From NCBI GenBank assembly GCA_963765765.1, contig CAVXYC010000010.1, positions 192,001-256,000 of the forward strand: 64,000 nucleotides of DNA, written 5' to 3'. A program made the position numbers and the translations under genes. This document shows, in pieces, positions 20,520 to 31,805 of the stretch; position 1 is the first letter of the stretch; the number at the start of each line of letters is the position of its first letter. The notes beneath the pieces are model-generated. The model was not told the origin of the DNA. It saw only the letters and a list, made by a program, of their open reading frames with translations, and did not search any database. This DNA comes from an uncultured Chloroflexia bacterium (GTDB lineage: Bacteria > Chloroflexota > UBA6077 > JACCZL01).

Positions 20520-22667
20520 ATGGACTATTTCGCTCAAACGCTTCAGATCATCGGCGGCATCCTGAGCAACCCCATGTACTGGGTAGCGCTCTTTGCGACG
20601 ATCTTGCTGACCGGCCCAATTGGTCTTATCCCCGGCGTCGGGGCCACCACGGTTCTGGTCATCGCGCTTCCATTTGTGATTCTCAATCTCGATCCGCTGA
20701 TCGGCCTGGTGTTCATCGCGGGAATGCTGTCGCTGGGCAATACCATGGACATCATTCCCGCGGTGCTCCTGGGATATCCCAGCGGCGCTACGGCGGTTGA
20801 CTTTCTGGAAGGCCACCAGCTTGCCAGGCGTGGACTGGGCGCCCGAGTACTGGGCGCCAGCTACGCCGTATCCATGATCGGCGGGCTTATCGGCGCAACC
20901 ACGCCTGGCGTTCGCGATGCCCGGGCTCTGCGTGCGTTCATCGTGAATTTCTCATACGCTGAGATCGCCGCTATGGCGCTGTTTGGCGTCAGCATGGTGG
21001 CGATCCTCTCGCGGGGCGCCGTCATGAAGGGGCTTGGGTCCGCCTCATGGGCTTACTTCTTGCGAGCATCGGCGTGCTGCCCATTAGCGGCGTCGACCGA
21101 TTCACGTTCGACAACATCTACCTCTGGGATGGCATACCGCTGGTGGCGTTCCTCCTGGGAGTGTTCGCGTTCCCGGAGCTTGTGGACCTCAGCATGAGCC
21201 GGCAGCCCGTCGCCGCGAATAGCACGGTTTCCAATCGTGAGGTCTGGATAGGGTTCAAGGAAGGACTGAAGCGCTGGCGAACAATCCCCCGCCAGAGCCT
21301 CTTTGGCGTCTTCATGGGCTCAATACCTGGTATTGGCGGCGCGACGATTGAATGGCTCTCCTATGCACTGGGAATTGCCTTCTCCAAGGATAAATCGCAG
21401 TTCGGAAAGGGCAGCATGGACGGCATCCTCTTCACCGAGTCCGCCCAGAGCGCCAAGGAGGCGGGGCAGGCAATCCCCACACTCGCGTTTGGTATTCCGG
21501 GCGGATCCACTGGGCACTTTGCCTGGCCGCGATGGTGTCATATGGGATTGCGCCCGGCCTCGGTATGTTCACGACAAACATGCACATCACGATGGGCATC
21601 GTCCTGACCATCGGCCTTGGCAACCTGATCGGCGCGATCATGGCGCTATTCATCAGCGCCCAGGTGGCCCGCCTCACGCTGGTGCCTTACGCTTTTGTGG
21701 CGGGAATGATGCTGCCACTGATGTTCCTGAGCGCCTTCCAGGCCCGATTTCAGCTTGGCGATATCGTTGATGCTGCTTGCGATCGGCATCCTGGGACTCG
21801 CGCTGAAATGGTTTGGCTGGCCACGCCCGCCGATGATCATTGCGTTCGTCCTCGCTCCGGTCCTGGAACAAAATCTCTGGACCGCCGTGGGTGTAAACGG
21901 GCCTGCAGGCCTGCTCTCTCGTCCTTACGCCATAGCAATCCTGATTCTGGCGGGCATCACAGCTGTTTATCTGACTCGCGGATGATGGCCGACGGTGAGA
22001 AGTCGTGCCCTGGCGTCCGTGCACGAAGTCCTGCGACACAAGGATACCGGCGCCGTCATCAGCGGTGGGGCAGTTGCACTCTCGAGCCGAATGAACCGAC
22101 GCACCCGCCCCCGCGCATCGCGCCCACGTCGCTATCGTTGGAAATGGGAATATCTATTCTGGGCGGCGTTGATGGCCATTGTTGGTGGCGTCTTCTTGCG
22201 GCGAGAGCCTCACATACGAGGGCGCATCGCGATTCTTCCCATTGCTGGCCAGCATAGCTTTCCTGCTTGTCATGGCAGTGATCATCATTCGGGAGATCAT
22301 GGATCCGAACCGTGATCGCGGAGAGGTGATGGACATCGCCATGCGCACCGGGAACGAGCCGGAGGCGTCCGAGCGCTTCTAAGCACCCTGGCGTGGATGG
22401 CGGCATTCGTGGTCGCGATGGGGCATTGTGGGCTTCCGATCACGGCGATTCTGTTCCCAGTCGTGTTCATTCCAGCGAATCTGGAATGGCGCGGGAAGAA
22501 ACTGCTCTGGGTGTTGCTTCCGGTCGGCGCTCAGCGCGTTCGTGGTGCTCGTGCTTCTTGACAGCATGATGCACGTTGTCTGGCCGGATCGATTCATCTG
22601 GAACTGGTCTACGGGCGGGCGCGTACTAAACTCTGGGGTCGCGAGCGTCGCCACACGCGCGGTATAG
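20520..22667 (+). CDS. TctA permease, probably fused to a TctB-like domain (multiple frameshifts; end uncertain)
   Basis: GLIPGVG, AVLLGYPSG, DRFTF, GSIPGIGG, IPTLAFGIPG, GWPRPP, followed by about 4 further TM segments. Confidence 0.75.
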
Positions 22668-22735
22668 TGGGGCGGCCCACTGATGGCGCGACCGCGCATG
22701 GCACGGTCGCGCTTCGCAATCCACCGGAGCGCCCG

Positions 22736-24521
22736 ATGATTCCTCGCGCACTCGTCGTTCGAGTGCTGTTGGTCGTACTCGTATTGGTCGTCGCGGTCTC
22801 GCCGTCGATTCTTCAACCTCGACTCAGAAGCGCAGAGATCCAGACCGAGGCATTACTCTCGGACATGCAGCGGCTTGTTGATCAAGTAAACGCAATAGAC
22901 CACAGCGCTCTCTTAGGCATCAAGAAAGCAGCGGTCGCGAGCGGAAACCCTCTTTCCATAGCTCAGGCAAATGCCTCACTGGCCACGGAAGCGCAGACCC
23001 GTGCCGCCGCGGTCATGAAGCTATGGCTGACCCGCCTGGACCGTGAAACCGGACTCCCGCCCACGTCGCTCGTCCCATCCATACCTCGATTCATCTACGG
23101 CGATACCGGCGCCGATTTTCTGCCGCATTTTGGCATCGCTGTGCAGCTTCTCTCACCGGATGAGTACGGACTGATTCTCAACATGCTGTCCAACGAAAGG
23201 CGCTTGACGACTGGCGTGCCCGAGGCCATCGACCTCACGCTCGATCGGGAAACATCGATGGACACCGATGAGGCCATTTTTGACGCGGCCGAATACGCCA
23301 AGGACGGCCTACTGCCGCTCATTGAGCGACTTGGCACGGAGCCATGGCTTGGTAGGGCGCGCGAGGTGGCCGACTCGATCATTGCGGCCGCCAGCGTTCG
23401 GACTCCCAAGCAGGGAAGCGTTCCCGCCAACTCGACGGAAGTGAATGGCGACATGCTGCAAGTGCTCGCGCGGGTCTACTGGGCGACACGCGACATAAAG
23501 TATCTCGAGGCAGCCGACCGGATCGCGCTGACGTACCTTGAGGACGTGCTACCGAAGACAACCTACCTTCCTCCGAATCAATGGAACTTCATTGAGAACG
23601 AGCCGATTGGACGACGTCGGTTGAGGCTCTCCGATCACGGGAATGAAGTGATCGCTGGTCTCATTGAGTGGCACCTCGTTGAGTCCGCGTTGGAGCGTCC
23701 TGGGGTGGAGACTCATCGGCAAACAATCCGGCGCATGCTCGATCGAATTCTGCAGACGGGTCGGAATGAGGACGGTATGTGGCTGCGCGTGATTGAGATT
23801 CCGTCAGGTCGAGTGGAACAGCCTGGGGTGACCGACAACTGGGGATACGTCTTTCAGGCGTTCATGGCTCAGTCCGAAATCGAGCGCCAATTCCCCAACG
23901 GCGATACGGAAGTTGCCGATCGCTACGACGCCGCGGTGATCCGGGCACTCCAATCCTTACCGAAGTATCGAGACTATGCCTGGCAAAACGGCGAGATGGA
24001 TGGTTACGCCGATGCACTCGAGAGCGTGTTCTACCTGTTAGACAAATTCCCGGTGCAGGTGGCGGCGGAATGGACCGACGAGGAGATGAACGGCCTCTAC
24101 CGGTATCAGAAGCATGACGGGCACGTGCTCGAGCGTGATCTCGACGGCAATTTCATGCGGACGTCGCTGCTCTACTCATCGTGGCTGATGCGTGGATCCC
24201 GTCTGTCTCCGTGGGACCTCGCAAGTGAACCTGGGTGCCGCGGTTGACCGCGAGTGCACCGTGTTTTCGCTCGACTCGAGCTCGGATTGGTCCGGGCGAG
24301 TTGTGTTCGACACGCCTCGCTCGCGCGACAATTTCAACCTTCCCTTCGACTACGCGCGATTGAACAAGTGGCCAGAGTGGTTTGTGGCTGATCCGGTAAA
24401 GAACTATCAGATCTCGGGCATGCTCGGGGAGCAGGTAACGTCGGGGCAGGCACTCGCCGACGGCCTGGCAGTCACGCTCACACCCGGACAGCAAGGCTCG
24501 CTGAGGATCTGTCCGGGGTAG
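22736..24521 (+). CDS. Membrane-anchored or secreted hypothetical protein, possible (alpha/alpha)6 glycosidase-like fold (frameshift near 24220)
   Basis: N-terminal hydrophobic helix; motifs AEYAKDGLLP, EVNGDMLQ, SDHGNE, DNWGY, DGYADALES, DGNFMRT. Confidence 0.55.
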
Positions 24522-24714
24522 GCGAATGCCCTACTCCTCACCCAAAGTGCGAGGGATCGCGGTGTGAAGCCGTCGGGCCTGATATGGCCAGACCGGCTCC
24601 TAGTCCCTTTGGAAGAAGACTGGGTGAGGGAAGAGCGACCTCTCAAAGCCAGCACGATGCCCCGCATGCCCGCCGCACGTCACGTGTAATATTCCCGCGA
24701 AGGAGCTGTTATTC

Positions 24715-26893
24715 ATGGCCCACCACGCTGTCATCGATCCCCGTCCCGGCTGACTACCGAGATGCGCGCCTTTGCGCTGTCTACCTGGCGCCGGACCTCC
24801 TGAAGGCCATGGGTGCAGCGACTGACGATGTCGTTCGAATCACCACACATAGGGAGCGAACAGTGCTGGCCCGTGTGGCCGGGCCCTTTGTGGACGGCGC
24901 GCCTGAAAGCATTCAGATCGATCGCTTCACGCGTCAGGCTCTGAAGGCTTATCCGCATGAGGAGGTGCACCTCGAGCTCGTGGATCCCCAGCCGACGCCC
25001 GAGCTTGCGCTGGTACCCGGTGTGGATATGAGTCAGCGCTATAACCCGCAACTTGTTCCGCAGCTCAAGCGAGTCCTGGCCCAGAACCGGACCCCCGTGC
25101 GGCGAGGCATGATGCTGTACGTGCAACTTCCGGACGGGCTGGCTGGAATTGCCTATGACGTCCACTTCGTCGGCGGTAACGAAGGAATCGTCACGCAGGA
25201 CACGGCGCTCTGGCTGATTCAGGACGATCACGATCACGGCCCAGACGATCACGACCACGAACATGATCGGCGATCGGAGACGGTTGTCGACACAACGTAC
25301 GAAGACATCGGCGGCCTGAGCGCGCAGATCCGCGAGGTGCGTGAATTCGTGGAGCTACCGCTGGTCTTTCCCCAGGTCTACCGACAGCTCGGGATCAACC
25401 CGCCCAAGGGCGTGATCTTTTTTGGTGCGCCTGGGACCGGCAAGACGCTACTTGCGCGCTCGGTCGCGAATGAGATCAACGCGCGATTCTTCTACATCAA
25501 CGGTCCCGAGGTAATCGGTACCTACACCGGTCAGACCGAGGAGAATCTGCGTAAGATATTCGCCGACGCCAGTACTGAGCCGCCATCGATCATCTTCATC
25601 GATGAGCTTGACGCTATCGCCCCGGTTCGGCGTATGGCCTCGACGATGTCGGATTCGCGGGCTGTGACTCAGCTTCTCGCACTCCTGGATGGGCTGAAGC
25701 GCGCCGAGGGCGTGATGGTGATCGGAACCACGAATCGGATCGAGGCGATTGATCCAGCACTCCGCCGGGCAGGGCGGTTCGATCGAGAGATCTACTTCCC
25801 AACTCCGTCATCGGATGCTCGCGAGCAGATTCTCCGCGTGCATACCCGCGAAATGCCGCTCAGTGACGATGCGATCGAAAACATTCCGTCGGTTGCCGAT
25901 CGGGCATATGGTTATGTGGGCGCCGATCTCATGGAGCTCAGTCGAGAGGCGGGGTTGAACGCGCTGCGAAGGGCTTCCCAGGAGTTTATCGCCGCGCCAT
26001 CGCTCGCCTCGTATCCCCGACCTGAGAAGCTGATCATCACCGGTGGCGATTTTGATGCGGCGCTCAAACGCGTGCGGCCCGCCTCCATGCGTGAATCGCT
26101 TATAGCCTTCCCCACGGTCACGTGGAACGATGTAGGAGGCCTGGAGCACGTCAAGAAACGTCTGAGGGACCTGGTGGAGCAGCCTCTGCGTCATCCTGAA
26201 CAGTTCGCCGAGATAGGCCTCTCCACGAACCTTGGAGTGCTGCTGTACGGCCCGCCCGGAACCGGAAAAACCCTGCTGGCTAAGGCCATTGCGAGAGAGT
26301 CTGGGGTCAATTTCATACCGATTCAAGGGCCCGAATTATTCTCACAGTGGCTCGGTGAGTCCGAGGAGAGCGTAAGACACATCTTCAACGTTGCCCGCCG
26401 CGCCTCTCCATGCATTGTGTTCTTCGATCAGCTCGACGCGGTGCTGTCACATCGTGGCGACGGCGATCACGAGGGCTCGCGTGCTCCGCAGCGCGTGGTG
26501 AACCAGCTTCTGGCCGAGCTCGATGGCATGGAGCAGCTCGGCGACGTCATCGTCATCGGTGCTACCAATCGGATCGCCATGGTGGATCCGGCGGCGTTAC
26601 GACCGGGGCGGTTCGGCGTTCACCTGCACGTAGGCTTACCCGACGAGCATGATCGCGCCGAGATTCTCCGCATTCATCTCCGCGATGCGGCGATCGAGCC
26701 AGGCTCCACGACGGAAAATTTGATCTCTCACTTACTCCCCATGACAGATGGGCTCTCCGGTGCGGATCTGGCATTCATGTGTCAGACCGCAAAGCTCGAT
26801 GCCATGCAGGAAGTGGACTTTCAAGCGGCGCCTCGCCTGGCACCGCGCCATTTTGAAGATGTCCTGCCAGAGCTTTCCTCGCGGGAGAACTAG
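24715..26893 (+). CDS. CDC48/p97/VAT-like type II AAA+ ATPase
   Basis: N-domain plus two AAA modules: TYEDIGGL, GAPGTGKT, IIFIDE, ALRRAGRFDREI; VTWNDVGGL, GPPGTGKT, IVFFDQ, LRPGRF. RBS AAGGAG precedes ATG 24715, which needs a 1-nt indel to join the ORF. Confidence 0.9.
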
Positions 26894-26905
26894 CTGCTAG
26901 GCGAG

Positions 26906-27019
26906 CCCTGGGACCGTGGGCGGCCCACCCGTACCTGCCAATGCGTAGCCAGAGGCGAGGAACAGGGTGTTGATGGACGAGGCATGATCGGGACGGGCGG
27001 GCCGCCCGCGGTCCCAGGG
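26906..27019. repeat. REP-like inverted doublet between convergent genes
   Basis: CCCTGGGACCGTGGGCGGCCCACCCGT vs reverse complement of ACGGGCGGGCCGCCCGCGGTCCCAGGG, 25/27 match. Confidence 0.7.
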
Positions 27020-27027
27020 AGGCGAAT

Positions 27028-28181
27028 CTACGCCGGGGCCATTTCCGCGGTGGCCGTTTCCGCGGTGGCCGTTCCACGGTAGCCATTGATTCCAGCACGT
27101 AACAGCGCTCCGGCGGGATCCGCAGAAATACGCGTTGGCCTTCATTCAGCACCGTGAACGGCTCACCTTTCACCCGTACGAGACGTCCGTTTAGATCGAG
27201 TTGATACTCGATCGTGTCCCCGAGATATTGCGCCGTTGCCACAGTCGCCTCGATGACGTTGTCCTTCTCGTTCGGAGGTGTGTCGCTCAGCAACACGCCC
27301 TCGGGCCGAAACCCCATCATCACCGCGCTGCCCACCGTTGCCCACTCAGGCAGAGGGGCTACGAGCTCTCCCCAGGCGGAGTCGATCAAGCCGGCGCCTC
27401 CCGGAGGGCCGAGTCGACTAATCATCCCATCGAGAAGGTTCGTGCGCCCAAGGAAGTTGGCTACAAACGACGAATTCGGTTCCAGATACACATCGCGTGG
27501 AGCACCGGACTGCACAATCACTCCGTCGCTCATCAACGCAACGGTGTCGGACATGGCCAGCGCCTCGAGCTGATCGTGTGTCACGTACAACGTGGTGATC
27601 CCAAGCCGATGCACCAGTGACTTGATCTCGTGACGCATATCCTCTCGCAGCTTTGCGTCGAGATTTGAGAGCGGCTCGTCGAGCAATAAGACAGTGGGCT
27701 CGTGTACCAGCGAGCGGGCCAGAGCCACGCGCTGTTGTTGTCCTCCCGAGAGCAGTGGTGCTGGCCGATCAGCCAGATGGTCCAGCTGAACCAGGCTCAG
27801 CGCACGCATGACCTTTTCTTTAATATCGCTCTTGGAGATGCGCTTGTGACCGTGCTCGAGAGGGAAGGCCACGTTCTGAAACACTGTCATATGGGGCCAG
27901 ATCGCATAGCTCTGAAACACCATGCCGATGTCGCGTTGGTGTGGAGGTGTCAGTGTTCGCGCCTCTGGGTCGAACACCACATCGTCACCGATCTGGATCT
28001 GGCCGCCACTTGGTATCTCGAGGCCGGCGATGGAGCGCAACGTGCTCGTCTTGCCGCAGCCTGAAGGGCCCAGAAGGGTAAAAAATTGCCCGTGCTCCAC
28101 GGTGAATGAGACGCCTCGCACAGCGCGTACATCCGCTGAGCCGGTGCGGTAGGTCAACTCCAGGTCAGTAACTTTCAGCAT
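27028..28181 (-). CDS. ABC transporter ATP-binding protein (FbpC/PotA type)
   Basis: [31 protein letters not shown]-like C-terminus; true stop probably TAG at 27028 after a 1-nt deletion in a 15-bp repeat. Confidence 0.92.
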
Positions 28182-28417
28182 GCTGCGCTGCACTCCCGAG
28201 CGTGCGCCCTATACGTGTTGAGCCTCTGGACATTCTAGTCATCATCATCTAGTCCGACAATGAAAACGGCTGCGCGTCAGTAAGCATGCGTCGCGCAGCC
28301 GCTCGAATTCATTGACAAGACTCTAGACGCGTGATTAATGTTCTCACCAATTAGACTGGCAGTCCACGCCGGTTGTGAAACTCCGGGCGAATCGCCAGTT
28401 CGCGTGAGGTCTCATCG

Positions 28418-29521
28418 ATGATCAGTACCAACCGGCGAGCGTTTCTCAGAATTGTGGGCCTTGGGGCCAGCGCGGCGCTCGTGGCTGCGTGTAGTCAACC
28501 TGCACCGGCAGCTAAGCCAGCCGCGCCGGCGGCATCAGGATCGGGTGCCGCAACAGCGCCCGCGAACCTCATAGATCAGGTCTACGAGGCTGCCAAGAAG
28601 GAAGGCAAACTCGTCTGGTGGGACCAGCATACGCTAGAGGTCTCGTCGCGTTACATCGATGCGTTCAAGAAGAAGTATCCAGGCATCGAAGTGGAGTACT
28701 TCAACCAGACGGCTGATGAGCTGAAGACGAAAGCCGTTGCGGAAGCGCGCGCCGGACGCATGTCGTTTGACGTAATCGACTCCGGAAGTAATTACACGGC
28801 ATACAAAGATGCCGGCATATTCGCGGATAACTCGGATGTGATCGTCGCTGCCGGTGTTCCCGCGAGCGACGTCTATGAGGGATCATTCTCCCCCGAATAC
28901 ACTGTGAACGGCGTCGCATATAACCCCAATCTCGTGAAGGTGGAGGAGCTTCCGAAGACCTGGGAGGGGTTCCTGGAGCCGCAGTGGAAGGGCAAGCTGG
29001 CAGTAGAGACGCGCTTCCGTTCCTTCGTCTACGGAACGCCCTTCATGGGCGGCGAAGACAAGGTCGCCGAGTATCTCGGCAAACTCAAGGAGCAGAACCC
29101 CCGACTGACGAAGGGCGACGCCGATAGCAATACCATGCTGGTGGCAGGCGAGTACGCCGTCCTGGTCGGTGCCTATCTACACAACGTGGTCAAGTACGAG
29201 CCCAAAGGGCAGCCATGGGGCTTCGCTCCACTGAATGAGGTCTACGTAGCTCCTCAGGGACCGGGATATACCGTTCCCGAGAAAGCACCGCATCGTCAGG
29301 CAGGCCGTCTATTCCTCCACTGGCTCGTTGGCAATGAAGGCATCGCACTCATGGATGAGCTGCGCTTCAAGGGGAACCCTGCGCCTGGTTCCGGCACCGG
29401 GCCGTCGAAGCTTCTCGAAGAACGGAAAATCACGCCAAAGACCCCGCCGCTCGAGTACGAGATCAACTATTCGAAATACGAGAAGCGATACGGCGTCGCG
29501 CTCGGCCTTCCGAGCGTCTAA
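28418..29521 (+). CDS. ABC substrate-binding Tat lipoprotein (Fe3+/polyamine-type cluster)
   Basis: NRRAFLR Tat motif, VAAC lipobox, AAKKEGKLV, LPKTWEGFLEPQWKGK, KAPHRQAGRLF. Confidence 0.88.
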   Translation: MISTNRRAFLRIVGLGASAALVAACSQPAPAAKPAAPAASGSGAATAPANLIDQVYEAAKKEGKLVWWDQHTLEVSSRYIDAFKKKYPGIEVEYFNQTADELKTKAVAEARAGRMSFDVIDSGSNYTAYKDAGIFADNSDVIVAAGVPASDVYEGSFSPEYTVNGVAYNPNLVKVEELPKTWEGFLEPQWKGKLAVETRFRSFVYGTPFMGGEDKVAEYLGKLKEQNPRLTKGDADSNTMLVAGEYAVLVGAYLHNVVKYEPKGQPWGFAPLNEVYVAPQGPGYTVPEKAPHRQAGRLFLHWLVGNEGIALMDELRFKGNPAPGSGTGPSKLLEERKITPKTPPLEYEINYSKYEKRYGVALGLPSV

Positions 29522-29530
29522 TGAGCTGGG

Positions 29531-29629
29531 TCCTGGGAACGTGGGCTTCTCGGCCGTCCCGACCCGAACATGACCAGCACTGATCACCAATCGAGCCGAT
29601 CGGGACGGGCAAGATACCCGCTCCCAGGA
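29531..29629. repeat. REP-like inverted doublet, same family as 26906-27019
   Basis: TCCTGGGAACGTGGGC...CCGTCCCGA / TCGGGACGGGCAAGATACCCGCTCCCAGGA; shares GATCGGGACGGGC with the 26.9-kb copy. Confidence 0.65.
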
Positions 29630-29656
29630 TCCAGTCAGCTTCAGTGAGGTTCGCGC

Positions 29657-31456
29657 ATGAGCGCAGTTGATATAGGTCGTTCCTCCGCGCGCACGTGGTC
29701 CTTCCATATGCCTCGCCGGTTGACGACGCAGGAAATCGTTTACGCGATTCTGTTCCTTCTCGTTGCGAACCTCGTTCTGGTTCCGCTAGGGATGGTGATT
29801 GCCACGAGCCTCAACGTTGGGCCGATTACGGCTCCCGGCGAGGTGGGATTCACGCTCTCGAATTACGTGCGCGCGTGGACTAGCCCAACGACGCACGCGG
29901 TCATCATGAATACGCTGATCTTCGCCTTCTTCTCGACGTTTCTGTCAATGACTCTGGGGGTGTTCTTCGCATTCATGGTCGAACGCACCGACATGCCGCT
30001 GAAAAACTTCGCGTATGCCGTGGTACCACTGACCATCGCAATGCCCGGACTTCTCTACGGAATCGCCTGGGTCCTACTTTTAAGTCCGAATATTGGCCTA
30101 TTCAACCTTGCCTTGATGGGGCTGTTCGGGGCTGAGCAGGGCATTCTCACGAGCTGGGCGCACGTCGGCCTGTCAGAGGCACCGATCAAGCCGTACAGCA
30201 TGGCGGGAATGATTTTCGTGGACGCCATTCGTGGCGTGGGCGTCGTCTTTCTTATGACCGTGGGGCTCTTCCGCAACATGGATCCTTCTCTAGAGGAGGC
30301 CGCGGCGGTCTCCGGTGCCGCCCCGGCAACGGTGGCCAACAAAGTCACATTGCGGGTGATGATGCCGGGTATCCTGGCCGCGTTCGTATACGCGCTCACG
30401 GGTAATCTCGAGACATTCGATATCCCAGCGATCATGGGTCTGCCAGCGGGCATCCATCTGCTCTCCACGAAGATCTACCTGCTCTCAAAGACGGATGATC
30501 ACGGCATCGCGAGTGCGCTGGGCGTTGTCTTTGTGGTCCTCGCCGTCTTCTTCGTCTGGTGGTATTCGCGGCTGACCAAGCGAATCGAATCGTTCAGTAC
30601 GGTCACAGGCAAGGGATATCGACCAAGACAAATGCGGATTGGACGATTTAAGTACGTCGCCGTAGCGATCGTCATGCTGTATCTCGGCATCGTCGTGGTG
30701 GCGCCGTTTTTTGTCATGCTATGGGCTAGCATCCTGCCGTACTATCAGATCCCGAGCTGGCAGGCTTTGCAGTCCGTGAACCTCGATGCCTACAAGTTCG
30801 TCATCACCAATCCGTGGGGAGTCACGGCAATGCGTAACACACTCATCCTGACGTTCGCGGCGCCAACGGCGACGATGCTGATCGCTACGCTCATTTCCTG
30901 GTTTGTGGTTCGATCGAATATGCCTGGGAAGCGTCTGTTGGACGTCATGGCGTTCCTGCCACACACAGTCCCCAGCATCATCATTGCGCTCGCCATGATC
31001 TATCTCTTCCTTACCGTCCCGTGGCGCCTCATCCCTATCTACGGAAGCGTGTGGATTATTAGCCTGGCCATAGCCACTCGATATCTGGCTTTTGGCTCTC
31101 GAACGATGCACGGTTCGGTCATCCAGATCCATAAGGACCTGGAGGAGGCTGCGCAAGTTGGCGGAGTGTCCTGGGGCAAGGCGTTTCGCTACATTGTGCT
31201 GCCATTGCTCTTCCCGGCCATCGTCTCAGGTTGGGTATTCGTGGCGTTGCACTCGATCCGCGAGGTCTCCATGGCGCTCCTTCTGTATTCGCCCGATAGT
31301 CGAGTGATCTCACTTTTGATGTGGGACACCTGGCACAACGGTGAGGTCGCCATCGCATCGGCCACGGGTGTTCTGCTCATGATCGCGATCGGCTTCATCA
31401 TTCTCGCGGGTCGCCTGGTGGATCAGCGGCGGTCTAAGATGAAGGCTGGGCTTTAG
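29657..31456 (+). CDS. ABC permease, duplicated FbpB type
   Basis: Two EAA loops (SLEEAAAVSGA, DLEEAAQVGG); TVTGKGYRP linker. Confidence 0.92.
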   Translation: MSAVDIGRSSARTWSFHMPRRLTTQEIVYAILFLLVANLVLVPLGMVIATSLNVGPITAPGEVGFTLSNYVRAWTSPTTHAVIMNTLIFAFFSTFLSMTLGVFFAFMVERTDMPLKNFAYAVVPLTIAMPGLLYGIAWVLLLSPNIGLFNLALMGLFGAEQGILTSWAHVGLSEAPIKPYSMAGMIFVDAIRGVGVVFLMTVGLFRNMDPSLEEAAAVSGAAPATVANKVTLRVMMPGILAAFVYALTGNLETFDIPAIMGLPAGIHLLSTKIYLLSKTDDHGIASALGVVFVVLAVFFVWWYSRLTKRIESFSTVTGKGYRPRQMRIGRFKYVAVAIVMLYLGIVVVAPFFVMLWASILPYYQIPSWQALQSVNLDAYKFVITNPWGVTAMRNTLILTFAAPTATMLIATLISWFVVRSNMPGKRLLDVMAFLPHTVPSIIIALAMIYLFLTVPWRLIPIYGSVWIISLAIATRYLAFGSRTMHGSVIQIHKDLEEAAQVGGVSWGKAFRYIVLPLLFPAIVSGWVFVALHSIREVSMALLLYSPDSRVISLLMWDTWHNGEVAIASATGVLLMIAIGFIILAGRLVDQRRSKMKAGL

Positions 31457-31482
31457 TCCAGCGGCATTGCTCAATCAGCCTC

Positions 31483-31511
31483 GGAGCCGCATCCCGAAAG
31501 GATGCGGCTCC
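31483..31511 (+). terminator. Intrinsic terminator
   Basis: GGAGCCGCATCC-cgaaa-GGATGCGGCTCC followed by a T-rich tract. Confidence 0.75.
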
Positions 31512-31569
31512 TGTTGCTTTGTTCCCGTTCTCGAGCATGACAACTACGAGAGAGGAACCGCTCCCTTAC

Positions 31570-31706
31570 GAGACCGTCTCAGCATTCCGAGACGATCCAG
31601 CATCGAGTCGAAACACGCGCTGACTTCGCCGCAAGATTGCCGACTCGGCCACTCCTGGGCCAATCGGCAGCGTGAAGTGTGCCCTTCCGAATTCTGAGAC
31701 AGTCTC
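31570..31706. mobile_element. MITE-like element with IS-type terminal inverted repeats
   Basis: GAGACCGTCTCAGCATTC / GAATTCTGAGACAGTCTC (16/18 match) bracket 137 bp with no credible ORF. Confidence 0.55.
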
Positions 31707-31751
31707 TCACGTGCGCGGCCCCGAAGCTGATTGATGCATTGCTCGTCGGCA

Positions 31752-31791
31752 AGAAAAGACGGGGCATCGAATTCGATGCCCCGTCTTTTCT
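31752..31791. terminator. Perfect 40-bp palindrome, probable bidirectional terminator
   Basis: AGAAAAGACGGGGCATCGAATTCGATGCCCCGTCTTTTCT, 15 nt downstream of the cupin stop. Confidence 0.8.
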
Positions 31792-31805
31792 CTTGTGCTC
31801 TTTAC

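Noticed and set aside
26775-27027. Antisense overlap of the ABC ATPase with the CDC48-like gene
   Set aside because: Artefact of a 1-nt deletion; the corrected frame stops at 27028.
27038-27087. 15-bp tandem repeat (GCCRTTTCCGCGGTG, about three copies) as a CRISPR or contingency locus
   Set aside because: No spacers; it encodes a low-complexity (ETATA)n C-terminal tail of the ABC ATPase.
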